A stretch of 32,000 nt of DNA, from assembly GCA_000387965.1 (NCBI GenBank), contig APJZ01000001.1:90001-122000 (forward strand), read 5' to 3'. The position numbers and the translations under genes are program-made. Below the pieces are notes generated by a model. The model was given only the letters and a program-made list of their open reading frames with translations. It was not told where the DNA came from and made no database searches. The stretch comes from Candidatus Nanobsidianus stetteri. GTDB taxonomy: Archaea; Nanobdellota; Nanobdellia; Nanobdellales; Nanobdellaceae. Below, piece after piece: positions 8,814-17,791 of the stretch. How positions within the stretch are numbered: the first letter of the stretch is position 1; each line of letters begins with the position of its first letter.

Positions 8814-9175
8814 ATTATTATTTTTATATTTGAACCTTTTGGATTTGCCTTTAATAGATCCTCTATTGTCAATATTTTAATACCAGACTTTTCCAATTTT
8901 TCTTTTGCATTTAATGAATACTTCCATGCAGCAACTGTAATTTTTTTATTTACCATACCATAACCAAGTAATTTTCCAGGAACTATAACAATATCTCCAT
9001 CATTTGTATATTTATTCAATTTAGATAAATTTACTTCAACTCTTCTTCTCGTTGGTCTGCTTAAAAGTTCTGCTATATATAACCAAAACTTACTATTATT
9101 TTTCTTCCCTTCCTTTTTTAATAAATTTATCAATTTTCTTAGATAAATATTAGTAGGTCCGGTCCTTTTTACCAT
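8810..9175 (-). CDS. rpl18e: 50S ribosomal protein eL18 (L18e)
   Basis: MVKRTGPTNIYLRKLINLLKK, LSRPTRRRVEVNLSKL and the conserved L18e-L13-S9 gene order support the call. Confidence 0.9.
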   Translation of the reverse strand: MVKRTGPTNIYLRKLINLLKKEGKKNNSKFWLYIAELLSRPTRRRVEVNLSKLNKYTNDGDIVIVPGKLLGYGMVNKKITVAAWKYSLNAKEKLEKSGIKILTIEDLLKANPKGSNIKIII

Positions 9176-9199
9176 TTTTTCATAACTTATAAAAAATAT

Positions 9200-9817
9200 T
9201 TAAAAATTATTATTGAAGTCATTCGATATCAAAGATCCTGTAGCACCCTCTTCATTCAAGTATTTTGATCCCTTTCTTTTATCATATGGTACCTCTGAGG
9301 ATTCTGTTTCAATGAAAACAATCTGAGCAACCTTTGTTTTTGGATATATTTTAATTGGAACTTTATTTACATTAATGATTTCTAATGTTAAATATCCTTT
9401 ATATCCAGGGTCAATATAACCAGCAGAAGTATGAATTATTAAACCGAGTCTTCCAATTGATGATCTACCATGTATTTGTCCAACAATATTATTTGGTAAT
9501 TCTATATATTCATATACCGATGCTAAAATAAATTCTCCAGGATGAATTATTATTGGAACATTATCATTTTTTAATATATAAAGATCTGAATATTTTCCTA
9601 TATGTATTATATAATCTTTTGTCTCTACTCTTGTATATATATCGTCATAATAATCTTTTACATCTATAACTTCTTTTTCCAATGTTTTAAATACTCTAAA
9701 TTTATATCCTAATCTTATATCCAATGATGCTGGACCTATCATATTCTCATCAAATGGTTCTACTTTTATTTTCCCACTTTTTATATATTCCCTAATTTTT
9801 TTATCTACTAATACCAT
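9200..9817 (-). CDS. dcd: dCTP deaminase (possibly a bifunctional dCTP deaminase/dUTPase of the archaeal type)
   Basis: The blocks GPASLDIRLG, HPGEFILASVYEYIELPNN, GRSSIGRLGLIIH and GYKGYLTLEI match Dcd. Confidence 0.88.
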   Translation of the reverse strand: MVLVDKKIREYIKSGKIKVEPFDENMIGPASLDIRLGYKFRVFKTLEKEVIDVKDYYDDIYTRVETKDYIIHIGKYSDLYILKNDNVPIIIHPGEFILASVYEYIELPNNIVGQIHGRSSIGRLGLIIHTSAGYIDPGYKGYLTLEIINVNKVPIKIYPKTKVAQIVFIETESSEVPYDKRKGSKYLNEEGATGSLISNDFNNNF

Positions 9818-9847
9818 TATACATCTATGTATGAATCTATTATAAAT
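9796..9847. promoter_or_regulatory. Back-to-back promoters of dcd and the EndoIII-related gene, each inside the partner's coding region
   Basis: The two start codons are only 9 bp apart (9817 and 9827). tttttttat at 9796-9804 is centred 27 nt upstream of the ATG at 9827 and lies inside dcd codons. tttataa on the minus strand (plus coordinates 9840-9846) is centred 26 nt upstream of the dcd ATG and lies inside the other gene. Confidence 0.4.
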
Positions 9848-10519
9848 TTAATTAAAGAAATGGATTTTCAATTTTGGTGGCCAGTAGATATAAATTATCA
9901 TAATAAAAATAATGGAGATTGGAGGATAGAGATAATTATAGGTGCAATATTGACTCAAAACACAAAATGGAATCTAGTAGAGAAAAATATAGAATATTTA
10001 AAATCAAAAAATTTTATATTTAGATTAGAAAATATAAATAATTTATCAATTAATGATATAAAGGTTCCACTTAGATTAAGAAAACTTGAAACATTAAAAT
10101 ATTTATCTAATTATATATTAGAAAATTATGGAAATATTGATGATTTTTCTAAATTAGAAATAAATAAAATTAGGGAAGAATTATTAAAAATAAAGGGAAT
10201 TGGTAAAGAAACATGCGATGCAATAATATTATATTCATTTGAAAAACCAATATTTGTAGTAGATTATTATACTAAAAAATTTTTTAATAGATTTGAAGAA
10301 TATGATAAATTGAGAATTGAAATAGAAAAAATTGTTAATGATAATTTTAATGAAATATATAATTTATTTTTAAATAAATTAAAAAATATTGAAAATAAAG
10401 ATCTTCCCTTTTTATCAGTATATGATCTAAGAAAAAATATAAACTATGAAGAAAAATTGACAATAATATATAAAGAATTACATGCAATGATTGATATAAA
10501 AATGAAAAATTTAAAGTAA
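9827..10519 (+). CDS. Endonuclease III-related HhH-GPD superfamily protein (COG2231-like)
   Basis: FWWPVD, GAILTQNTKWNLVEKNI and the helix-hairpin-helix LLKIKGIGKETCDAIILY are present, followed by VVDYYTKKFF at the catalytic-Asp position. There is no C-terminal Cys cluster. Confidence 0.75.
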   Translation: MYESIINLIKEMDFQFWWPVDINYHNKNNGDWRIEIIIGAILTQNTKWNLVEKNIEYLKSKNFIFRLENINNLSINDIKVPLRLRKLETLKYLSNYILENYGNIDDFSKLEINKIREELLKIKGIGKETCDAIILYSFEKPIFVVDYYTKKFFNRFEEYDKLRIEIEKIVNDNFNEIYNLFLNKLKNIENKDLPFLSVYDLRKNINYEEKLTIIYKELHAMIDIKMKNLK

Positions 10520-10538
10520 TTATTTATACTAAATTTCT

Positions 10539-11873
10539 ATGGACATATATAATTATAACAAAGGTTTTGAACTATTGAAAAATAGGATAAATATAAAAGA
10601 TCTTGAAAAAATTGAATATGATAGAGAAGTTATATTAGCCGGATGGATAATAAATATAAAAAATATTGGAAATATATCATTTATTATATTAAGAGATCAA
10701 ACTGGAGATGTTCAAATAACAATAAAAAAAGATATATTTAATGATTTAGAATTTATTAAAGAATTTTCTTTACATACATTTATAGTAGTTAAAGGAAAAT
10801 ATGTTAAGGGAATTGCAAAAAAATATAAAGAAGTTGTTGCTGAAGAAATTTATTTAATTAGTGAACCTGCGGATAGATTACCTATAGATGAAAATTCATA
10901 TTTTGAAAAAAGAATGAATTATAGATGGATTGATCTTAGAGATCCGAAGAAAAGTTTAATAATTAAGTTAACATCTTACGCAGTAAAATATATTAGAGAA
11001 TATTTATATAATAATAATTTTATTGAAATATTTTCTCCAAAAATAATAAGTACAGCATCTGAAGGAGGGGCAGAAGTTTTTGAATTAAAATATTTTGATA
11101 GAAAAGCTTATTTAGCGCAATCACCACAATTTTATAAACAGATGGCAATATGTTCTGGTTTTGAAAGAGTATTTGAAATTGCACCGGCTTTTAGAGCAGA
11201 ACCTTCCTTTACCTCAAGACATTTGACCGAATTTACATCTTTCGATGTAGAAATTGGATATATAAGTTCACATTATGATGTAATGAAAGTTTTGGAAGAA
11301 ATTATAAAGTATACAAATAAAAAAATAAAGGAAAATTTTGAAGATGAAATAAATAAATATTATAATGTAGATATATTTGTTCCAGAAAATATTCCGAAAA
11401 TAAATATGGAAGATGTATATGAAATTGTTGGAAAAAATAATATAAAAGAAAATGGAGATATAACATCTGAAGGAGAAAAAATTCTAGGAGATTATGTTAA
11501 AAAATCATATGATAATGAATTTGTATTTATAATTGATTGGCCCTGGACCGCAAGACCTTTCTATCATATGAAGGGAGAACCAATGAAAAATGGAATTATA
11601 ACAACAAAAAGCTTTGATCTATTATATAAAGGTTTGGAAATTTCTACAGGTTCCCAAAGAGAACATAGATATAAAATATTATTAGAACAAATAAAAGAAA
11701 AAGGATTAAATCCAGATAATTTTAAATATTATTTAGAATTCTTTAAGTATGGCGCTCCAACAATGGGTGGATTTGGATTTGGCATTGCTAGATATATAAA
11801 ACAATTATTAAATATTGAAAATGTAAAAGAAGCTGTATTAATACCAAGAGATCCAAATAGATTGGAACCATGA
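10539..11873 (+). CDS. aspS: Aspartyl-tRNA synthetase, archaeal/eukaryal type
   Basis: An OB-fold N-terminus (GWIINIKNIGNISFIILRDQTGDVQI) is followed by class II motifs: EGGAEVFELKYFDRKAYLAQSPQFYKQ, FRAEPSFTSRHLTEFTSFDVE and GGFGFGIARYI. Confidence 0.93.
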   Translation: MDIYNYNKGFELLKNRINIKDLEKIEYDREVILAGWIINIKNIGNISFIILRDQTGDVQITIKKDIFNDLEFIKEFSLHTFIVVKGKYVKGIAKKYKEVVAEEIYLISEPADRLPIDENSYFEKRMNYRWIDLRDPKKSLIIKLTSYAVKYIREYLYNNNFIEIFSPKIISTASEGGAEVFELKYFDRKAYLAQSPQFYKQMAICSGFERVFEIAPAFRAEPSFTSRHLTEFTSFDVEIGYISSHYDVMKVLEEIIKYTNKKIKENFEDEINKYYNVDIFVPENIPKINMEDVYEIVGKNNIKENGDITSEGEKILGDYVKKSYDNEFVFIIDWPWTARPFYHMKGEPMKNGIITTKSFDLLYKGLEISTGSQREHRYKILLEQIKEKGLNPDNFKYYLEFFKYGAPTMGGFGFGIARYIKQLLNIENVKEAVLIPRDPNRLEP

Positions 11874-12610
11874 TTGATTTTTACATTGTATTTGTAGAAC
11901 CAGAATCTGAAGATAATATAGGAGCATTAGCTAGAGTAATGGCAAATTTTGACTTTAAGAATTTAATATTAGTAAATCCAAAGGTAAATCCTTATGGAGA
12001 TAAAGTAAAGATTGTTGCAAGAGAAAAAGGGTGGGAAATAATAAAGAATATGAAGATATATAATAGTTTAGATGAAGTAATTGATTTATTTGATATAAAT
12101 TATGGTACAACAGGAGTTTCTTCAAAGATGGGAAATGAGGTATTAAGAAATCCATTAACTCCCAGAGAATTTGCAAATTCTATATATAAATATGATGGAA
12201 AGATTGGTATATTTTTTGGAAGGGAATCTAAAGGTTTTAGCAATGAAGAATTAAATAAATTTGATGGAATAATTACAATTCCTGCAAGTGAAGAATATCC
12301 AATAATGAATATAACCCATTCTGCAGCAATAATATTATATGAATTATTTATTTCAAAAAATAATCCAATAAGGAAAGTATTTAAATTGATAAATAATCAA
12401 GAAAGAAAATATTTATATAAAATGTTTAAAGATTTTGTAGATGTATTACCTTCTCAAGATTATAGAAAACCTTTTATATATAGAGGATTAAGAAATCTAA
12501 TTGGAAAAGCATTAATTACAAAAAGAGAATATTCTTTATTAATGGGAATGCTTAGAATTGCAAAAGAAAATATAGAAAATTGTAGAAAGAATAAAAATCA
12601 AACTTTATAA
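11870..12610 (+). CDS. SPOUT (SpoU/TrmJ-like) tRNA/rRNA 2'-O-methyltransferase
   Basis: VFVEPESEDNIGALARVMANFDFKNLILVNP, IFFGRESKGFSNEELNKFD and ITIPASEEYPIMNITHSAAIILYELF match the family. It overlaps aspS by 4 nt (ATGA). Confidence 0.8.
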   Translation: MIDFYIVFVEPESEDNIGALARVMANFDFKNLILVNPKVNPYGDKVKIVAREKGWEIIKNMKIYNSLDEVIDLFDINYGTTGVSSKMGNEVLRNPLTPREFANSIYKYDGKIGIFFGRESKGFSNEELNKFDGIITIPASEEYPIMNITHSAAIILYELFISKNNPIRKVFKLINNQERKYLYKMFKDFVDVLPSQDYRKPFIYRGLRNLIGKALITKREYSLLMGMLRIAKENIENCRKNKNQTL

Positions 12611-12633
12611 AATTTTGTTATTCAAATATCATA

Positions 12634-12975
12634 ATGCCTGAAGAAACTCAATTAGTACAAACAGAAAATGTTCAACAAAATCAACAAGTTCAACAAACTC
12701 AAGAAAATGTTGAAAAGAAAGAAAATATACAAGAATTTCATATAAAAATAAATATAAGGAAATGGATATTAAAAACTCCATTAAAAAGAAGAGCAAAGAA
12801 GGCAGCAAGAGTAATAAGAGAAATTATAATGAAAAGATATAAATCAAAAAATGTTTTATTAACTGTAAGATTAAATAATTATATCTGGTCTAGAGGGATT
12901 AAAAAACCACCAACAAAATATAAGTTAAAAATAATTAAAAAAGAAGATAAAATATTTGTAGATATTGATGAATGA
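12634..12975 (+). CDS. rpl31e: 50S ribosomal protein eL31 (L31e) with a Gln-rich N-terminal extension
   Basis: The core is RKWILKTPLKRRAKKAARVIREIIMKRY followed by VRLNNYIWSRGIKKPP. The first ~33 residues (PEETQLVQTENVQQNQQVQQTQENVEKKENIQ) have no counterpart in typical L31e, and there is no in-frame alternative start. Confidence 0.85.
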   Translation: MPEETQLVQTENVQQNQQVQQTQENVEKKENIQEFHIKINIRKWILKTPLKRRAKKAARVIREIIMKRYKSKNVLLTVRLNNYIWSRGIKKPPTKYKLKIIKKEDKIFVDIDE

Positions 12976-14050
12976 GGGAAAAGCAATAATAAATTATAAT
13001 CCTGACTTTTTAAAGAAATTATCATCAAAATTACCAGTATTTTATAACCCTTTAATGAAAATAAATAGAGATTTTACAATAATAATATTAAAATCTTATT
13101 ATAATATAATAAAGAAAAAATTTGATATTCTAGATTGTATGACCGCTACTGGAGTTAGATCTATAAGAATATTAAAGGAAATACCTGAAGTTGTAAATAA
13201 AATATATATAAATGATATAAAAAAAGAAGCAATAGCAAATATAAAAGAAAATTTAAAGATTAATAATTTGGAAAATGATGAAAAAATAATTATATCAAAT
13301 AAAGATTGTAGAGAAATATTATTGAAATATAAATTTGATTATATTGATATAGATCCATTTGGTTCCCCAATAGGTTTTGTAGAATTATTACCAAAAGCAT
13401 TGAAAAATAATGGAATCGCTGGAATTACCGCAACAGATATATCCTCATTATCTGGATCTAAACCAAAATCCTGTTTTAGGAAATATAATACAATAGGAAT
13501 TAAAACAGATTTTTATTTAGAATTTGGATTAAGAAATTTGGCAAAATATATAATAATTGAAGGATTAAAATATGATATTGCATTAATCCCAATTTTTTCA
13601 TATTATTATAATCATCATTATAGAATATTTGTTAAAAAGAGTAATAAAAGTAAAGATATAAATTATTTAATGGAAAATGTAAAAGAAATATATTATTGTA
13701 AAAATTGCGGATATAAATCCTTAGAAAATGGAAAATGTAAAGTATGCAATAATGATTTAATTAAATTGGGACCTATATATATTGGAAAATTATATGATGA
13801 AAATATATTAAATAATATTAGAAATAATATTAGTTTATTAAATTTAGATAAAGATGAAAAGAAAATAATTGATAGAATATTAAATTGTGATTCAAAAATA
13901 GATTTATGGTATTATTATGATATAAGAAAAATTTCCTCTTTTTATAAAAATAATTTACCAAAAATAGAAAAAATATTAGAAATAAATAATGGATGTAGAA
14001 CCCATTTTACAGATTATGGAATAAAAACTTTATACTATCCAAAAATATAA
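12968..14050 (+). CDS. trm1: tRNA (guanine26-N2)-dimethyltransferase Trm1
   Basis: The blocks PVFYNPLMKINRDFTIIIL, ILDCMTATGVRSIRILKE, YIDIDPFGSP and GITATD are followed by a CKNCGY...CKVCNN zinc knuckle. The track starts the ORF at TTG 12965, but the adjacent ATG at 12968 is the more likely start. The gene overlaps the rpl31e stop. Confidence 0.9.
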   Translation: MNEGKAIINYNPDFLKKLSSKLPVFYNPLMKINRDFTIIILKSYYNIIKKKFDILDCMTATGVRSIRILKEIPEVVNKIYINDIKKEAIANIKENLKINNLENDEKIIISNKDCREILLKYKFDYIDIDPFGSPIGFVELLPKALKNNGIAGITATDISSLSGSKPKSCFRKYNTIGIKTDFYLEFGLRNLAKYIIIEGLKYDIALIPIFSYYYNHHYRIFVKKSNKSKDINYLMENVKEIYYCKNCGYKSLENGKCKVCNNDLIKLGPIYIGKLYDENILNNIRNNISLLNLDKDEKKIIDRILNCDSKIDLWYYYDIRKISSFYKNNLPKIEKILEINNGCRTHFTDYGIKTLYYPKI

Positions 14051-14057
14051 ATATATT

Positions 14058-14339
14058 ATGAAATATAGTTTAGTAATAAAAATAACTAAGAATATATCTT
14101 TAGAAGGTAATGATAATTTAATCTGGTATATAAAAAATTATACAAAAGATATAAATGATCTTGAATCTATATTTGAAGCATTGAAAAAATATAAAGAAAA
14201 ATATAGGAAAAAAGGAAAAATCAATATAATAGTTGTAGGAGATATTGATAAGAATATAATTGAAAGGTACAAAGATTATTTCAATATATTTATTGAAAAT
14301 GATATGCAAAGAAAAATTACAGAATTTATAAATAAATAA
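14058..14339 (+). CDS. Hypothetical 93-aa protein
   Basis: It is an ATG-initiated ORF that fills the gap between trm1 and hef exactly, with native-looking K/I/N-rich composition. I recognise no family. Confidence 0.45.
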   Translation: MKYSLVIKITKNISLEGNDNLIWYIKNYTKDINDLESIFEALKKYKEKYRKKGKINIIVVGDIDKNIIERYKDYFNIFIENDMQRKITEFINK

Positions 14340-14363
14340 AAATCTTTTTAATATTTCTATATT

Positions 14364-16610
14364 ATGTCTTCTATAGAGTTAAGAGAATATCAAAAAAATA
14401 TATTAGAATCATGTTTAAGAGAAAATACACTTGTTATATTACCAACAGGTACTGGAAAGACAATCATTGCCTTTTTTCTTATTATTGAAAGGCTAAAATT
14501 ATTTCCAGATAAAAAAATATACTTCTTAGCCCCAACAAAACCATTAGTAACCCAACATTATAATAATTTTATAAAATTTTTCCCAGATCTAAAGGATAAG
14601 AGTATTGTAATTACTGGTGATATTCATCAGGAGAGAAGAAATTACCTATATAAACAGGGAAAAATAATTTTTGTAACACCACAGACATTACAAAACGATT
14701 TAATAAGCGGAAGGATAACATTCTATGATGCATCAACAATAATATTTGATGAAGCACATAGAGCAGTTAAAAAGTATTCATATACATTCATTGCAAAAAA
14801 GTTTGTAGAACAAGCAAAGGATTATAGAATAATTGGACTAACAGCTTCTCCAGGTTGGAATATTGAGAGAATAGAAGAAGTAATAAATAATTTATATATA
14901 AAAAACATTGAAATAAGAACTGGAGAAGAAAAAGATATTAAAAAATATATGACTGGTATTGAAATTAAAAGAGTAGATATAGAATTAAATAATGAATTAA
15001 ATAATATTAAGGATTTAATAATAAAGGCAATAGATTTGAGAATATCAAAAATAAAAGAATTGGATCCATCAATTGATATTAGCAAAGGTAAGAAAGATAT
15101 ATTAAAATGGATAGAAGAAATTAAAAAGAATTTAGAAATTAGGGGGAGAGATTATAGATTGAGAGAAATAGTAGAACTATTATCAGAAACATTAAAATTA
15201 TATCATGCATTAGAAGTTTTAGAAACACAGACATTATATACCTTTATAAGCTATTTTAAAGATATTGAAAATGATATAAGAAAAAGTAAAGCTGATTATG
15301 AAGTTTTAAATGATATAAGAATAAAAAAGGCAATATATTTAGCAAATGAATATATTAAAAAGGATATTGAGCATCCAAAATTATTAAAATTAATAGAAAT
15401 ATTAAATGAAAATAAAGATAAAAAAATAATTGTATTTGCACAAATAAGGAAAACTTTAGATAGAATAAAAGAATATTGTGATAAAAATAATATAAAAGCT
15501 CAGAAATTTGTTGGAAAAAAAGAAATGAGCAGAAGCGAGCAAATAAAATTATTGAAAGATTTTTCTGAAGGTAAATTCAATGTACTATTATCAACATCTG
15601 TTGGTGAAGAGGGTATTGATATTCCAAAAGTTGATATTGTAATATTTTATGAACCTGTACCATCCGAAATTAGATATATACAAAGGAGAGGTAGGACGGG
15701 TAGAGGTGAAATAGGAGAAGTAATAATATTAGTCACAAAGAATACAATGGATGAAAGATTTTACTGGGTTTCAATAAGGAAAGAAAAAAAGATGTTATAT
15801 ATAATTAAAAGAATAAAAAAATATCTAAAAATAAATAATAATATAGAAGAGAATAATATAAATAATAAAATGATGGCTGAAAGTGTTGAAAAATCTGGAG
15901 GAATATTTAAATATATTACAGGTAGTCAGACCTCTCAAGAAAAAGATAATTCACCAAATATAATTAATACAAAATCAAATGTTCCTATGATTATTGTAGA
16001 TTATAAAGAAAAAGAATCTGGGGTAGTACAAACTTTAGCAAATACAGATATTTTAATAAAATTGGAAAATTTAGATATCGGAGATTATATAATTGGGGAT
16101 TTAATAATTGAAAGAAAAAATATATTGGACTTCATTAATTCAATATTAGATGGAAGGTTATATAATCAATTAGAAAAATTGAAGGATAAAAAATCTGTAT
16201 TAATATTAGAGGGAACTGAAGATAGTTTAGGAATAGATACAAATATTTCAATAAATTATATAAGGACATTGATATTAAAAATAATTTTAGAATATAAAAT
16301 ACCAATTATAAGAACTTCAGACTTTTTAGAAACGGCAAATTATTTATATTTATTGGCAAAAAATTATAATAAATTCCCAAACATACCTGAAAAGATAAAA
16401 AATTATGAAGATCTCGATGAAGTTAAATTAGAAATATTAAAATCTATACCAGGTATTGGAGAAAATCTGGCACTAAAATTATTGGAAAGATTTAAATCAT
16501 TAAAGAATATTTTTCTAGCAAATAAAACAGATTTAGAAAATATTGTTGGAGAAAAGAAAGCTGAAAGAATTAAAAAAATTTTTGAAGAAGAATATAAAAA
16601 ATTAAAATAA
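14364..16610 (+). CDS. hef: Hef: SF2 helicase fused to an XPF/ERCC4 nuclease and an (HhH)2 domain
   Basis: Helicase motifs are LPTGTGKT, FDEAHRAV, LTASPG and QRRGRTGRG. The nuclease motifs are VDYKEKESG and GDYIIGDLIIERKNILD (ERKx3D). The C-terminal HhH2 reads ILKSIPGIGENLALKLLERFKSLKNIF. Confidence 0.92.
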   Translation: MSSIELREYQKNILESCLRENTLVILPTGTGKTIIAFFLIIERLKLFPDKKIYFLAPTKPLVTQHYNNFIKFFPDLKDKSIVITGDIHQERRNYLYKQGKIIFVTPQTLQNDLISGRITFYDASTIIFDEAHRAVKKYSYTFIAKKFVEQAKDYRIIGLTASPGWNIERIEEVINNLYIKNIEIRTGEEKDIKKYMTGIEIKRVDIELNNELNNIKDLIIKAIDLRISKIKELDPSIDISKGKKDILKWIEEIKKNLEIRGRDYRLREIVELLSETLKLYHALEVLETQTLYTFISYFKDIENDIRKSKADYEVLNDIRIKKAIYLANEYIKKDIEHPKLLKLIEILNENKDKKIIVFAQIRKTLDRIKEYCDKNNIKAQKFVGKKEMSRSEQIKLLKDFSEGKFNVLLSTSVGEEGIDIPKVDIVIFYEPVPSEIRYIQRRGRTGRGEIGEVIILVTKNTMDERFYWVSIRKEKKMLYIIKRIKKYLKINNNIEENNINNKMMAESVEKSGGIFKYITGSQTSQEKDNSPNIINTKSNVPMIIVDYKEKESGVVQTLANTDILIKLENLDIGDYIIGDLIIERKNILDFINSILDGRLYNQLEKLKDKKSVLILEGTEDSLGIDTNISINYIRTLILKIILEYKIPIIRTSDFLETANYLYLLAKNYNKFPNIPEKIKNYEDLDEVKLEILKSIPGIGENLALKLLERFKSLKNIFLANKTDLENIVGEKKAERIKKIFEEEYKKLK

Positions 16611-16880
16611 ACCTTTCTTATATAATTCTTTTGGATTTTCTATTATTTTAATATCCCAATCAACATTTAACTGCTTTGCTGCTTCTAATAATTTATTTAC
16701 GTCATCAACTTCCCACTCACATAATCCTATATTATTCTTTTCATCAAAATATAACTTTTTCAATTTCAAACCCTCTGGTAACTTTTTATTTTTAGCCATT
16801 TCTATTATTTTATTTACTGTTTCCTTAAACTTCTCCAATTTTTCTTGGGTGGGTAAATGAACTACATATACCTCTACCAT
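16602..16880 (-). CDS. Small hypothetical alpha/beta protein (DUF4242-like by recollection)
   Basis: It is 92 aa. LKKLYFDEKNNIGLCEWEVDDVNKLLEAAKQ resembles the ..YWfdEd.g..fCl.eAp..e.v block of that family. Its 3' end overlaps the hef 3' end by 9 nt. Confidence 0.4.
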   Translation of the reverse strand: MVEVYVVHLPTQEKLEKFKETVNKIIEMAKNKKLPEGLKLKKLYFDEKNNIGLCEWEVDDVNKLLEAAKQLNVDWDIKIIENPKELYKKGLF

Positions 16881-16909
16881 TTATAATTTTACTAAAAGTA
16901 ATCTTTTAT

Positions 16910-17767
16910 ATGATTGCAATTACTCACTGGGATGTAGATGGTATAGCATGTCTATCAATATTATATAAAAAATTTGGTGATAAATTTAAGGTTTATTTCT
17001 CAAGCCCAAGATTAATAAATAATACATTAGTAAAGGTAATAGAAAATAATGATAAAGAAGAAGAATTATATATTACAGATATTGCAACAAATCAAGAAGC
17101 AATATATTTATCTTCATATTTTAAGAAAGTTTATTGGATAGATCATCATGAAAAAAATTTTAATGAAATTACATCAAGGATAAATGTTTATATAAAAAAT
17201 TATAAATCTACTGCAAGAGTTTTATCAGAATATCTGAATGTAGAATTTAAATATTTGGATATTATTGATGACATAGATTCTGGAGAAATAAAAAATGATA
17301 TAGAAAGAAATTTCGCAGACTATATAGTATCAATAAGATACTTTTATCCAAAATCATATGATCTATATTTTATATCTATAGCAAAAAATATATTAAACAA
17401 AGATATTAAAGAAATAATTGATTATGATATTATAAAAAGATTTAGAAAAGAATTAAATGAAATATATAAAAATTTAGATAAAAATATAACAATAATAAAT
17501 AAAAAATATAAGATTTATATAATAAAATTAGATAAAAATATACCATCAAACTATATTTTAGAATATATAAAAGAAAAAATAAAAGATAATCCAGATTTTA
17601 TAATAACATTATATGAAAAATCTAAGAGAGGGGAAATAAGGACATTAAATAATAAAGATGTAAGTAAAATAGCAAAACTACTTAATGGTGGTGGTCATAA
17701 ATATGCTGCAGGATTTAGTTTTAATAATGAGAAAGAAGTTTATGAAAAAATATTAAATAATATTTAA
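16910..17767 (+). CDS. DHH/DHHA1-family phosphoesterase (small RecJ/NrnA-like)
   Basis: Motif I is THWDVDG, motif II is YITDI, motif III is WIDHH and the DHHA1 motif is NGGGHKYAAGF. Confidence 0.8.
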   Translation: MIAITHWDVDGIACLSILYKKFGDKFKVYFSSPRLINNTLVKVIENNDKEEELYITDIATNQEAIYLSSYFKKVYWIDHHEKNFNEITSRINVYIKNYKSTARVLSEYLNVEFKYLDIIDDIDSGEIKNDIERNFADYIVSIRYFYPKSYDLYFISIAKNILNKDIKEIIDYDIIKRFRKELNEIYKNLDKNITIINKKYKIYIIKLDKNIPSNYILEYIKEKIKDNPDFIITLYEKSKRGEIRTLNNKDVSKIAKLLNGGGHKYAAGFSFNNEKEVYEKILNNI

Positions 17768-17791
17768 ATTATTTATTATCAATTAATATTT

